A model generated the notes under the pieces. It made no database searches. It was given only the letters and a program-made list of their open reading frames with translations, and was not told where the DNA came from. The position numbers were made by a program, and so were the translations under genes. DNA of 46,537 nucleotides from contig SHYN01000001.1 in the NCBI GenBank assembly GCA_009692785.1, forward strand, positions 1-46,537, in the 5' to 3' direction. Numbering within the stretch: the stretch's first letter is position 1; every line of letters starts with the position of its first letter. Source of the DNA: Chloroflexota bacterium (GTDB lineage Bacteria; Chloroflexota; Limnocylindria; P2-11E). Below are positions 37,117 to 46,294 of this stretch, piece after piece.

Positions 37117-38988
37117 ATGATGGGCGGCGGCGGCGGGCATCGGCTGATGTTCGGCGGCGGCCGCGGCGGGGGTCGAGAGGGCGGGCGCCGTCCATCGCTC
37201 CAGACCTACCGGAGGCTGCTGCACTTCGTCGCGCCCTACCGCCTCAACCTCGTCCTCGCCGCGGTGCTCCTCCTCGTGTCGACCGCGCTGGGGCTCGTCT
37301 GGCCGCAGGTGGTCCAGCGCGTCCTCGATCTCGGTCTGAAGGACGCCGGCCTTCTCGACACGCTCATTGCGGGTCTCGTCGTCGTCCTTCTCGTGCGCGC
37401 GGTCGTGGACGGCGTTCGTCAGTTCGTCATGGCCTGGACCGGGGAGAAGGTCATCTTCGATCTCCGGATGACGATCGTCCGGCATCTCCAGACGCTTTCC
37501 CTCTCGTTCTTTCACCACCGGAAGACGGGCGAGCTCATGTCCCATGTGACGAGCGACGCGTCCGTCGTCCATGGCGTGGTCACGCAGACGATCCTCTCCG
37601 TGCTCGGTCAGGTGCTCCAGCTCGTCGGTGGCCTCGCGGTCATCTTCGTCATGAACTGGAAGCTCGCGCTCCTGACGCTCGTCGTCGCCCCTCCCATCGG
37701 CATCCTCGGCCAGCGCATGGGGAACCGGATCCGCACGATCTCGCGTCAGGCGCAGGACGCGCAGGGCGAGGCCGTCGGGGTCCTCCAGGAGGCGATCGCC
37801 GAGATGCGGATCGTGCAGGCGTTCACCCGCGAGGACTACGAGGCCGCCCGCTTCCACGAGAAGCTCGCCTTCACCTTCGCCAAGTCGATCGAGCGTGCGC
37901 GGATCGGCGCCACGATGTTCCCGCTCATCGGGTTCCTCGCCTTCGCCTCGTCGATCGTCGTGCTCTGGTACGGCGGCCATCAGGTCGCCCAGGGGGAGTC
38001 CACTCCCGGCCAGCTCGTCGCGTTCCTCCTCTACATGGGGATGGTTTCCGGGCCGGTCGGTGGCCTCGCGGGTCAATGGGCGCAGATCCAGGAGGCCTTT
38101 GGCGCGGCCGACCGGCTCTTCGCGCTCCTCGACACGAAGCCCGAGGTCCAGGACCGCCCGGGGGCCTCGACGCTCCCCGCGGTGCGCGGCGCGATCCACT
38201 TCGAGCGCGTCGCCTTCCGCTATGGCGATGGGCCGCAGGTCCTCTCCGCGATCGACACCTCCTTCGCGGCGGGCCGAACGACGGCGCTCGTCGGTCTGTC
38301 CGGGGCGGGGAAGACCACGCTCATGAACCTCGTCGGGCGCTTCTTCGATCCCACGGCGGGCCGGGTCACGATCGACGGCCACGATTTGCGCGAGGTGACT
38401 ATTCGCTCGCTCCGCGAGCAGATCGCCGTCGTCCCGCAGGAGCCGATCCTCTTTGCCGCGTCCGTGCGCGAGAACATCCTCTACGGCAGGCTCGATGCCT
38501 CCGACACGGCTCTTGCCGCCGCCGCCGAGGCCGCGAACGCAACGGAGTTCATCGCCAAACTCGCGCGCGGACTCGATACGATCGTCGGAGAGCGCGGTGT
38601 GCGGCTTTCGGTGGGCCAGCGGCAGCGGATCTCGATCGCGCGCGCCATCCTCCGCGACGCGCCGGTGCTGCTGCTCGACGAGGCGACGTCATCGCTCGAC
38701 AACGAGAGCGAGTACCTCGTCCAGCAGGCGCTCGACCGGCTCATGCGCGGCCGGACCACGCTCGTCATCGCCCACCGCCTCACGACCGTCGAGCGCGCGG
38801 ACCGGATCATCGTCCTCGACCAGGGGCGGATCGCCGAGGAGGGCACCCACGCCGAGCTCCTTGTGAACGGCGGCCTTTACGCCCGGCTCTACGAACGGCG
38901 GTTCGTGACCGACCTGTCGCCTGCGACCGAGTCCGGACCCTCGCTGGTCGACGCGCGCATCTCGCGCGGCTCCGCGCCCGTACGCTGA
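37117..38988 (+). CDS. ABC exporter, fused TMD-NBD half-transporter (MsbA/ABCB-like) with Gly-rich N-terminal extension
   Basis: Six-TM region then 'GLSGAGKTTL', 'LSVGQRQRISIARA' and 'LLLDEATSSLD'. ATG 37117. The track ORF from 36265 overlaps the permease out of frame. Confidence 0.9.
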   Translation: MMGGGGGHRLMFGGGRGGGREGGRRPSLQTYRRLLHFVAPYRLNLVLAAVLLLVSTALGLVWPQVVQRVLDLGLKDAGLLDTLIAGLVVVLLVRAVVDGVRQFVMAWTGEKVIFDLRMTIVRHLQTLSLSFFHHRKTGELMSHVTSDASVVHGVVTQTILSVLGQVLQLVGGLAVIFVMNWKLALLTLVVAPPIGILGQRMGNRIRTISRQAQDAQGEAVGVLQEAIAEMRIVQAFTREDYEAARFHEKLAFTFAKSIERARIGATMFPLIGFLAFASSIVVLWYGGHQVAQGESTPGQLVAFLLYMGMVSGPVGGLAGQWAQIQEAFGAADRLFALLDTKPEVQDRPGASTLPAVRGAIHFERVAFRYGDGPQVLSAIDTSFAAGRTTALVGLSGAGKTTLMNLVGRFFDPTAGRVTIDGHDLREVTIRSLREQIAVVPQEPILFAASVRENILYGRLDASDTALAAAAEAANATEFIAKLARGLDTIVGERGVRLSVGQRQRISIARAILRDAPVLLLDEATSSLDNESEYLVQQALDRLMRGRTTLVIAHRLTTVERADRIIVLDQGRIAEEGTHAELLVNGGLYARLYERRFVTDLSPATESGPSLVDARISRGSAPVR

Positions 38989-38990
38989 CG

Positions 38991-39010
38991 GCGCCCCCCG
39001 CCGGGGGCGC
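38991..39010. terminator. 8-bp GC stem / 4-nt loop hairpin between convergent genes
   Basis: 'gcgccccc' (38991-38998), loop 'cgcc', 'gggggcgc' (39003-39010). Lies between the exporter stop (38988) and the YHS gene stop (39014). Confidence 0.55.
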
Positions 39011-39013
39011 TTG

Positions 39014-39205
39014 CTACTTCGCCTGCGCGGCGACCCAGGCGTCCACCTTGGCGACATAGGACCGCGGCGCCTTGGCGAAGGTGGTCTGGCAGCCGGCGGC
39101 ACAGAACGCATATTCCCGGTCCGGCATCTCCAGGGTCAGCCCCGCGTCGCGGGCCTCTTCGATGTCGACGATCATGTCGCAGATGGGGTCGAGAATCTCT
39201 TTCAT
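39014..39205 (-). CDS. YHS/TRASH-type small metal-binding domain protein
   Basis: 'DPICDMIVD......YAFCAAGCQTTFAKAPRSY' matches the YHS pattern (DPVCGM...YYFCS..C...F). Confidence 0.75.
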   Translation of the reverse strand: MKEILDPICDMIVDIEEARDAGLTLEMPDREYAFCAAGCQTTFAKAPRSYVAKVDAWVAAQAK

Positions 39206-39254
39206 GCCTACGATGATGCCACAGTTGGATGTGATCGCGAGGCCTGCCGAACGG

Positions 39255-39755
39255 CTAAGGCCGAACGCTCCGCGCGAAGACCGCTGCCGGGTGGTCGTCG
39301 GGCAGCTCCGCGAAGCTGAACGGCGTCCCGTGACGATGTTCCTCCTCGAGCCCCTCGCGGGTGTTCGCGAGGCGCGTCAGCATCTCACGGTCGTAGCCGG
39401 CCTGCCGGTCGTCGGTCTTGAAGATGAGGAGCAGCGCCGGCTCGCCGAACGGATTCTCATATCCGGTCGGCACGCCGTCCCCGAACCAGAAGAGCGCCCC
39501 GGCTCTCATGTGCCAGCGCGCCTCACCGGAGCAGAGCACCCATTCGCCGCGCACGGTGTAGATGAGGCTTTCTTTCGCGTGAGCGTGGGCATCCATGTAC
39601 GCGCCGGACGGCACCTCGATGAAGTGGCAGCCGCCGCCCCGCGCATTCAGCAGCGGTCCCATCCGTCCTTCGAGTGTGTCGATGCCGGGTGCGGCCTCGA
39701 TCGCCGGCACGATCTTGATGCCCTTCTGCGTTTCGATGATCCTCAGGTCACTCAT
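39255..39755 (-). CDS. Cupin-domain protein
   Basis: 166-aa ORF from ATG 39755, preceded by 'agggagag' SD. 'FIEVPSGAYMDAHAHAKESLIYTVRGEW......MRAGALFWF' is a cupin two-motif pattern. The longer track ORF overlaps the upstream gene. Confidence 0.7.
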   Translation of the reverse strand: MSDLRIIETQKGIKIVPAIEAAPGIDTLEGRMGPLLNARGGGCHFIEVPSGAYMDAHAHAKESLIYTVRGEWVLCSGEARWHMRAGALFWFGDGVPTGYENPFGEPALLLIFKTDDRQAGYDREMLTRLANTREGLEEEHRHGTPFSFAELPDDHPAAVFARSVRP

Positions 39756-39769
39756 CGTTGCTCTCTCCC

Positions 39770-40810
39770 TCATCGCCCAGCGTCTCGCCCCGACATCGGA
39801 ACCTCGGCGTGGAGCGCCCGCCCGGCCCAGGAGCTCAGAGCGCGGAGTGCCAGCCCTGAGACCGGACGCGCCATCGTCGCCAGCGACACACGGTCCCAGA
39901 CACGCTCGAAGGGATCCCTCGCCACCGGCTGGAAGCTGTGGTCGACGCCGGGCACGATGACGAGCTCCACATCGTCGTTCCCAGCCTCGCGAAGCGCCTG
40001 ATACGTTCCGAGGGCGTCCTCGACGCGTACGTTCATGTCGTCGCCGCCGTGGAGCACGAGCGCCGGGCATCGCACGTGCCGAAATTCGGGTCGCATCGGC
40101 TGGTTCATGTCCTGCCGAAAGCGGACCAGGTCCAGCTCGATGCTCAGGCCCTCCGCCTCGAGGCGAACGACGACCTCGCCGCGGCGTGCGGCCTCGATGA
40201 ACTCCTCGGTGCGAAATGCCCCCACGACGTCGCGCGGCCGGTTCGCGCGGAGCCAGCCGCGCTGTGCCTCGCTGAAACGCGGCCAGTGCTCGGCCACCCG
40301 TCCCCAGTTCCAGCGCATGAGGTCCTCGATCGTGCCCGAGAGGGCGCCGAGCAGGCCCGCGCAGGCGAGGTCGGGCACCTCGCGCGCGACGATGCAGGCA
40401 TTGAAGGCACCGGCGCTGTGGCCGACGACCCCGACGCGGGTCGGGTCGATCTCCGGCCGCGAGCGGAGCAGGTCGACCGCGGCGACGTTATCGACGCGGT
40501 CGGTCTCGTAGTCGGAAGCGCTCGCCAGGCCGCCGCTCTCGCCGCACCCGCGCTTGTCGAAGCGCACCGTCGCCACGCCGTGGTGCGCGAGCTCATGGGC
40601 AGATCGCCGCAGAAGGCCCCGCTTGGGCGGATCCACCACATGCGGGCTGCGCTCGGGCGCCATGTCGCCGTCGCGGGTGTCGCCGCCCGTGCCGCCGAGG
40701 AGCGCGAGGGCGGGGACCATCCGCTGCGGAGAGGCGTCCTCAGGGAGGCAGAGCGTTCCGGCCAGGGTCAGCCCCGCTTCGGGAGTGAATGACACCGGGA
40801 TCTCTCGCAT
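39770..40810 (-). CDS. Alpha/beta-fold hydrolase
   Basis: ATG 40810 preceded by 'gggagggg' SD. Nucleophile elbow 'VVGHSAGA'; 'RFDKRGCGES'; 'ALVLHGGDD'; C-terminal 'GVDHSF'. Confidence 0.8.
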   Translation of the reverse strand: MREIPVSFTPEAGLTLAGTLCLPEDASPQRMVPALALLGGTGGDTRDGDMAPERSPHVVDPPKRGLLRRSAHELAHHGVATVRFDKRGCGESGGLASASDYETDRVDNVAAVDLLRSRPEIDPTRVGVVGHSAGAFNACIVAREVPDLACAGLLGALSGTIEDLMRWNWGRVAEHWPRFSEAQRGWLRANRPRDVVGAFRTEEFIEAARRGEVVVRLEAEGLSIELDLVRFRQDMNQPMRPEFRHVRCPALVLHGGDDMNVRVEDALGTYQALREAGNDDVELVIVPGVDHSFQPVARDPFERVWDRVSLATMARPVSGLALRALSSWAGRALHAEVPMSGRDAGR

Positions 40811-40952
40811 GCGACGTTCCCCTCCCTTGCTCGGCGACCAGAGCGGCGGCCACGGCGTAACGCGCCCCACGACTCGGTGCCGGGACGCTATCGTAGTCGC
40901 CGCAGACACTGGCAAACGATTGCAGCCTCGGGAATAGGGAAGGACTGTCCGC

Positions 40953-42620
40953 ATGAAACGCCACGCGCTCGGGCTTGTGCTCTTCATGGTCGCCGCGATC
41001 GTCGCAGGGGCCTGCGGGCCGTCCGCTCCGCCCGCGAGCATTCCGGCCGCCCCGCCGGCGAACGCGTCCGCGGCCCCGGCCGCGGCCGCCGTGAAGGCGC
41101 CGGTCCCCTCGATGCGGATCGCCATCCTCGCCGACGAGGGCACCCTGACACCGTTCTCCTACAAGTTCGGATACCCGGGTCAGCAGATGATGTACCTCAC
41201 CTACGACACCCTCATGCTCCTGGACTCCGAAAACGTGCCGAAGCCGCTCCTTGCCCGCGAGGTAAAGGTCTCCGCCGACGGCGGGACCTACGACATCACC
41301 CTGCGCACCGGCCTCAGGTGGCATGACGGCAAGCCGCTCACCAACGCGGACGTGAAGTTCTCCATCGAGTACATCCTGAAGACGACGCGCGCGGCCTTCC
41401 GGACACCGCTCCGAACGGTCGACTCCGTGACCCTCTCCGGCACCGAGGGCCTCTCGATCAAGCTCACGACCCCCAACCCGTCATTCCCGGTACGCGCCCT
41501 CGCCGCGATGCCGGTCCTCCCCAAGCACATCTGGGAGGCCGTTGATCCGACCAAGCCAGGCGAGTTCAAGTCAACGGTCGGCTCGGGTCCCTACAAGCTC
41601 ATCGAGGCGACACCGGACACCGTGTACCGGATGCAGGCGAATGCCGACTACTTTCTCGGCGCACCGTCGGTGAGCGAGCTCATCTTCCCGGTCATCAAGG
41701 ATCTGAACACCGCGCTGCAGGCCCTGCGCACCGGCGAGGTTCAGGCCCTCGTGCGTGAGGTCCCGCCGGAGCAGATCGCGCAATTCAGCCAGGCACCGTT
41801 CAAGATCGCCACGGGACCCGGCTTCGCGAGCACGATGCTCCAGTTCAACGATCAGCGCGCACCCTTCGACCGGAAGGAGGTGCGGCAAGCGATCGACCTC
41901 GCCATCGACAAGGCCAAGTTGGTGGAGACCCTCCTCCTCGGGAATGCCACGGTCGCCACACCCGGATTCCTGCACCCGAGCTCGCCGTTCCACGATCCAA
42001 CTGTCAGGGCGCAGTTCGACGTTGCCAAGGCAAAGCAGCTCCTTGACCAGGTCGGCGCCGCGCCCGGTGCCGATGGCGTCCGAGTGCTCGGCGGCAAGCC
42101 GATGGCCGTCACCCTGCTCGTGTATTCCAACAACCCGATCCGTCTCCGGGCCGCGGAGCTCATCATGGGCATGCTGAAGGACGTAGGGATCAAGGTTACG
42201 GTTCGCGCGCTCGACACGAACGCCCTTGACGCTCTGGTCTGGCCGGACTTTGATGTCGCGAAGGGTCGCGACTTCGACATGTCGATGTGGGGCTGGTCGG
42301 CGCCGGTCCAGGTGGACGCCGCACGCATCGCGGAGTTCGTCCACTCCGATCCAAAATTCGGTACCGGAAACATCGGCGGGTACAAGAGCGCCGCCGCGGA
42401 CGCTCTTGGCGACCAGATCCAGGTCACCGCGGATGAGGCGAAGCGCAAGGGGCTGATCCAGTCGGTCGAGAAGCTTGTGGCGGCGGACGTGCCGTTCTCG
42501 ATGCTCTACTTCGAGAACGGGACCTACGCCTACCGCGCGCAGACCTACGACGGTTGGGTCTATCAGAAGGGCCTCGGTATCTACACCAAGTTGTCGTTCA
42601 TCCCCGGATTCGGTCGGTAG
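40953..42620 (+). CDS. ABC transporter substrate-binding lipoprotein, family 5
   Basis: Lipobox 'IVAGAC'; 'TYDITLRTGLRWHDGKPLTNADVKFS', 'GSGPYKLIE'. Confidence 0.85.
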   Translation: MKRHALGLVLFMVAAIVAGACGPSAPPASIPAAPPANASAAPAAAAVKAPVPSMRIAILADEGTLTPFSYKFGYPGQQMMYLTYDTLMLLDSENVPKPLLAREVKVSADGGTYDITLRTGLRWHDGKPLTNADVKFSIEYILKTTRAAFRTPLRTVDSVTLSGTEGLSIKLTTPNPSFPVRALAAMPVLPKHIWEAVDPTKPGEFKSTVGSGPYKLIEATPDTVYRMQANADYFLGAPSVSELIFPVIKDLNTALQALRTGEVQALVREVPPEQIAQFSQAPFKIATGPGFASTMLQFNDQRAPFDRKEVRQAIDLAIDKAKLVETLLLGNATVATPGFLHPSSPFHDPTVRAQFDVAKAKQLLDQVGAAPGADGVRVLGGKPMAVTLLVYSNNPIRLRAAELIMGMLKDVGIKVTVRALDTNALDALVWPDFDVAKGRDFDMSMWGWSAPVQVDAARIAEFVHSDPKFGTGNIGGYKSAAADALGDQIQVTADEAKRKGLIQSVEKLVAADVPFSMLYFENGTYAYRAQTYDGWVYQKGLGIYTKLSFIPGFGR

Positions 42621-42634
42621 CAATGGCCCGCCCG

Positions 42635-42661
42635 GGCGGCGCGGCGCAGGTCCGCGCCGCC
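42635..42661 (+). promoter_or_regulatory. 10-bp GC stem-loop between the binding-protein and permease genes
   Basis: 'ggcggcgcgg' (42635-42644), 7-nt loop, 'ccgcgccgcc' (42652-42661). No U-tract. Confidence 0.45.
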
Positions 42662-42676
42662 CGTGCCGGGTAGGGC

Positions 42677-43651
42677 ATGACCCGGTTCTTCGGCGGCAAG
42701 CTCGCGCAGTACGCGCTCGTGCTGTTCGTCACGATCAGCCTGAACTTCATCCTTCCGCGCGCGATGCCCGGAAGCCCGATCGGCTTCCTCGTGGGCGAGG
42801 AGGTCGGCAGCCTCACCCCGGCCGAGCGCCAGCGCGTGCTGCGCTCAGTGGGGCTCGACCGGCCCCTCCACGAGCAGTACCTCTCCTATCTCGGAGGGCT
42901 CGCCCACGGGGACCTGGGGTATTCCTACCAGCGCCAGCGGCCGATCGCCGAGGTCCTCGCCGATCGCCTGCCCTGGACCCTCCTTCTTACGGGAATCGCT
43001 CTGGCGCTGTCCACCCTCCTGGGGATCGTGTTTGGCGCACTCGCGGGATGGCGGCGTGGACGGCGGTCGGATCTCGCCGCGCTCGCCGTGTTCATCTTTT
43101 TGGAATCGCTTCCGGGCTTTTGGCTCGCCATGATCCTGGTGGCGGTCTTCGCGGTGCAGTTCGGCATCTTCCCCACGTTCGGCGCGCGCGAACTCTACAG
43201 TGGCCTCGAGGGCGCCGCGTATTGGTTCGACATCGCGCGCCACCTCGCGCTTCCGGTGACGACCCTCACCCTCATCACGGTCTCAGCGACCTTCCTCACG
43301 ATGCGGGCGAGCATGCTCTCCGTGCTCGGCGAGGAGTACGTCACCGTGGCCCGCGGGAAGGGCCTGCGGGAGCGACAGGTGCTGTTCGGTCACGCCGTTC
43401 GGAACGCGCTGCTCCCGGTCGCGACCGTGTTCCTGCTCAATCTCGGCCAGACCGTGGCGGGCGCGACCGTCATCGAAACCGTGTTCTCGTACCCCGGCGT
43501 CGGCCGTCTCATGTATGAAGCCGTGCTCGCCCGCGACTATCCGACCCTTCAGGGGGGCTTTCTCGTCATCACGCTGAGCATCGTCGCCGGGAACCTCCTC
43601 GCCGACCTTGCCTACCCACTTCTGGATCCGCGGGTCACCAGGCGTGGCTGA
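42677..43651 (+). CDS. ABC transporter permease (DppB-like)
   Basis: 'KLAQYALVLFVTISLNFILPR', 'EYVTVARGKGL' and 'AVRNALLPV'. Confidence 0.85.
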   Translation: MTRFFGGKLAQYALVLFVTISLNFILPRAMPGSPIGFLVGEEVGSLTPAERQRVLRSVGLDRPLHEQYLSYLGGLAHGDLGYSYQRQRPIAEVLADRLPWTLLLTGIALALSTLLGIVFGALAGWRRGRRSDLAALAVFIFLESLPGFWLAMILVAVFAVQFGIFPTFGARELYSGLEGAAYWFDIARHLALPVTTLTLITVSATFLTMRASMLSVLGEEYVTVARGKGLRERQVLFGHAVRNALLPVATVFLLNLGQTVAGATVIETVFSYPGVGRLMYEAVLARDYPTLQGGFLVITLSIVAGNLLADLAYPLLDPRVTRRG

Positions 43652-44498
43652 TGGTGCCGCGCGTCACCGTGCCTACGGCCTTGGCTTCGGGGCCGTCGGT
43701 ACCTGTGGGCTCCTGCTGCTCGGGGCGATCGTGGTCACCGCTCTGCTCGCTCCGTGGGTCGCGCCGTACGATCCGCAGCTCACGACCGGGCGCCCGTTCT
43801 CCGCCCCATCGCTCGCGCATTGGCTCGGCACGAACGACATCGGCCAGGACATCCTCTCCGAACTGATCTGGGGTGCGCGCGTCTCGCTCGCGATCGGCGC
43901 CCTCGCCGCGATCGTCGGGACCTCTCTGGGCACGGTGATCGGCGTGGTCGGCGGCTACTTTGGCGGCCGGCTTGACGCCCTGCTCATGCGCTCCGCCGAC
44001 GTCGTGCTCGTGATCCCGTTCCTGCCGCTCATGATCCTGCTGGCCGCGTACGTGGGCCCGAGCGTCGCCAGTCTTGCCGTCGTCATCGGCATCCTCGTGT
44101 GGGCCCGGCCCGCTCGTGTCATCCGCTCGTTCGTGCTCAGCCAGCGGAGTCGCGATTACGTCACGGCAGCCCGAGCGCTCGGAGCGCGCGATGGCCGGAT
44201 CCTGCGTTTCTGCATCTTCCCGAGCGTCATCTCCCTCGTGCTCGCGGAGTTCGTGCAGCTGACGAGCCGCGCGATCCTTCTCGAGGCGGCCCTCGCCTTC
44301 CTCGGACTTGGCGATCCGATTCAGAAGTCGTGGGGCTCCGTGCTCTTCTACGCCCAGTCGCGTGGCGCGCTTCTCTCGCAGGCCTGGGTCTGGTGGGTCC
44401 TCCCCCCAGGCCTCCTCATCACGGGCACGGTGGTCGGCTTCGCGCTCGTCGGATTTGGGCTTGAACGGATCTTCACCCCGCGCCTTCGTCCAAGGTAG
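43644..44498 (+). CDS. ABC transporter permease (DppC-like)
   Basis: 'HWLGTNDIGQDILSELIWG', 'DYVTAARALGA'. Start is GTG 43644 or ATG 43608. Confidence 0.85.
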   Translation: MADGAARHRAYGLGFGAVGTCGLLLLGAIVVTALLAPWVAPYDPQLTTGRPFSAPSLAHWLGTNDIGQDILSELIWGARVSLAIGALAAIVGTSLGTVIGVVGGYFGGRLDALLMRSADVVLVIPFLPLMILLAAYVGPSVASLAVVIGILVWARPARVIRSFVLSQRSRDYVTAARALGARDGRILRFCIFPSVISLVLAEFVQLTSRAILLEAALAFLGLGDPIQKSWGSVLFYAQSRGALLSQAWVWWVLPPGLLITGTVVGFALVGFGLERIFTPRLRPR

Positions 44499-44566
44499 CC
44501 CGGTAGAATGGGGTCTCTGGAGAACGCAGCCGCACCTGACCGCCTTCCGTTCGGGCGCACGCAATA

Positions 44567-45682
44567 GTGGCGCGGGACGTGCACGCGCACGGCGGCGATG
44601 GGCACCACGGGCACGGCGCCGGGCCCGGCCACGGACACGACCACGACCACGGACACGACCACGGGGCCGAGCACTCGGGCGGCGGCCGCTTGGCGGGCCT
44701 CGCGCACGTTCTCCGCTCGCTCATCGGCGCCCACAGCCACAGCACCGAGGAGATGGTCGACCACGCGCTGGAGACGAGCGCGCGCGGCATCCGCGCGCTC
44801 AAGATCTCGCTCGTCGGGCTCGGCGCGACCGCGCTGTTCCAGGTCGTCGTCGTCCTCGTCAGCGGGTCCGTCGCGCTCCTGTCGGACACCGTTCACAACT
44901 TCTCCGACGCGCTCACCGCGGTTCCCCTTTGGATCGCCTTTTCGATCGGCCGGCGCGCGGCGAACCGACGCTACACGTACGGCTACGGACGGGCCGAGGA
45001 TCTCGCCGGCGTTTTCATCCTCGCCATGATCGCGTTCTCGGCGGTCGTGGCGGGCTGGGAGTCGATCCAGCGCCTGCTGCACCCGCAGGCGCTGGACAAT
45101 CTCGGTTGGGTGCTCGTGGCCGGCGTTGTCGGCTTCCTCGGTAACGAGGGGGTGGCGCTCTATCGGATCCGGGTGGGGACCGCGATCGGCTCTGCGGCTC
45201 TCATCGCCGACGGTTACCACGCCCGCGCGGATGGGCTCACCTCGCTCGCGGTGGTGCTCGGTGGGCTCGGCGTGCTCGCGGGCTATCCGATCGCCGACCC
45301 GCTGGTCGGGCTCGCGATCACCGTGGCGCTCCTCTTCGTGCTCCGTGATGCCGGACGCCGAATGTCCCATCGACTTATGGATGCGGTCGATCCTGAGCTT
45401 ACCGACCTTGTTCGACGCATCGTGACGGCGACCAGCGGTGTCGAGCGTGACCCCGAGGTGCGCATCCGCTGGGTCGGGCACCAGCTCTGGGCCAACGTCC
45501 AGCTGACCGTCAACAGTGAGCATTCGTTCACGGACGCGCACGCGATCGCCGAGGATGCTCGTCACCGGCTCATGCACGACGTGCCTCGCCTTGCGGAAGT
45601 GAGCGTTCATGTCGATCCCTGCATGCACGCCGGTGTCGATCACCACGCCGTCACCGAGCATCACGTCGTCGCGCGGAGCTAG
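44567..45682 (+). CDS. Cation diffusion facilitator (CDF) metal efflux transporter with His-rich N-terminus
   Basis: 'HAHGGDGHHGHGAGPGHGHDHDHGHDHGAEH', then 'SGSVALLSDTVHNFSDAL', 'ADGYHARADGLTS' and the C-terminal cytoplasmic domain. Confidence 0.88.
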   Translation: MARDVHAHGGDGHHGHGAGPGHGHDHDHGHDHGAEHSGGGRLAGLAHVLRSLIGAHSHSTEEMVDHALETSARGIRALKISLVGLGATALFQVVVVLVSGSVALLSDTVHNFSDALTAVPLWIAFSIGRRAANRRYTYGYGRAEDLAGVFILAMIAFSAVVAGWESIQRLLHPQALDNLGWVLVAGVVGFLGNEGVALYRIRVGTAIGSAALIADGYHARADGLTSLAVVLGGLGVLAGYPIADPLVGLAITVALLFVLRDAGRRMSHRLMDAVDPELTDLVRRIVTATSGVERDPEVRIRWVGHQLWANVQLTVNSEHSFTDAHAIAEDARHRLMHDVPRLAEVSVHVDPCMHAGVDHHAVTEHHVVARS

Positions 45683-46239
45683 CCGACCCCCTCACGGCGA
45701 TCGGGGTTCCCGTACAGGTCCGGGTGGAGGAACGGCGCGAGGGACATCGCCACGAGGTGCGCGAAGGCAGCGGTGCGCGAGACCTCACCCGAGGTCAGCA
45801 TGCCGATCGCGCCGAGCTGCCTCTTGGAGTCGTTGACTTCAAAGAGCTCGTCAACGAGGTCGCCGAGCTCGCGTCCGGCGCTGAGGCCTGCCGCGAGCCG
45901 AGGCGGCAGCTCCATCCGCAGTCCGCTCGCGGCGCCGCTCCGTCCCGCGCGGTCGAGCGCGACGACCCAGGAGCACAGCCAGACCCGCTCGCCGTCCAGG
46001 ATCACCCCGCCCTCAAGGCCAAAAGCGATCTCCGCCTCTGGCGCGGCCACGAGGGCGGACCGAGCCCGGGCGAGCGCTCCTGCGCGCGTCGCCTCATCAC
46101 CGCTGGGCTGCGCGCCGGCCTCGCTCTGGACGTCCCGCGTCGTGATCGCGCATGCGGGAGCGAGCCTGCCGAGGACGCGCCGCACCGCCTCGACCTTGGC
46201 GGGATTTGTGCTGCCCACCACCGCCCGCACGAACTCCAT
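45679..46239 (-). CDS. yjjX: Inosine/xanthosine triphosphatase (YjjX, DUF84 family non-canonical NTPase)
   Basis: 'VVGSTNPAKVEAV', 'SGDEATRAGALARA' and 'ELGDLVDELF....SKRQLGAIGMLTSGEVSRTAAFAHLVAMSLAPF' parallel E. coli YjjX. ATG 46239 is preferred over 46290. Confidence 0.8.
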   Translation of the reverse strand: MEFVRAVVGSTNPAKVEAVRRVLGRLAPACAITTRDVQSEAGAQPSGDEATRAGALARARSALVAAPEAEIAFGLEGGVILDGERVWLCSWVVALDRAGRSGAASGLRMELPPRLAAGLSAGRELGDLVDELFEVNDSKRQLGAIGMLTSGEVSRTAAFAHLVAMSLAPFLHPDLYGNPDRREGVG

Positions 46240-46270
46240 CCCGTGATGCTGTCGCATCCGCCGTGCACCC

Positions 46271-46294
46271 GGAATTGGGTTGGAGTACAATTCC
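46271..46294. promoter_or_regulatory. Inverted repeat GGAATTG-N10-CAATTCC in the divergent yjjX/Rrf2 intergenic region (candidate Rrf2 operator)
   Basis: 'ggaattg' at 46271-46277 and 'caattcc' at 46288-46294, 8 nt upstream of ATG 46302. Confidence 0.4.

Noticed and set aside
44499-44566. 'tagaat' -10-like hexamer at 44504-44509 upstream of the CDF gene.
   Set aside because: No matching -35 element lies at a plausible spacing, so it is left unreported as a feature.
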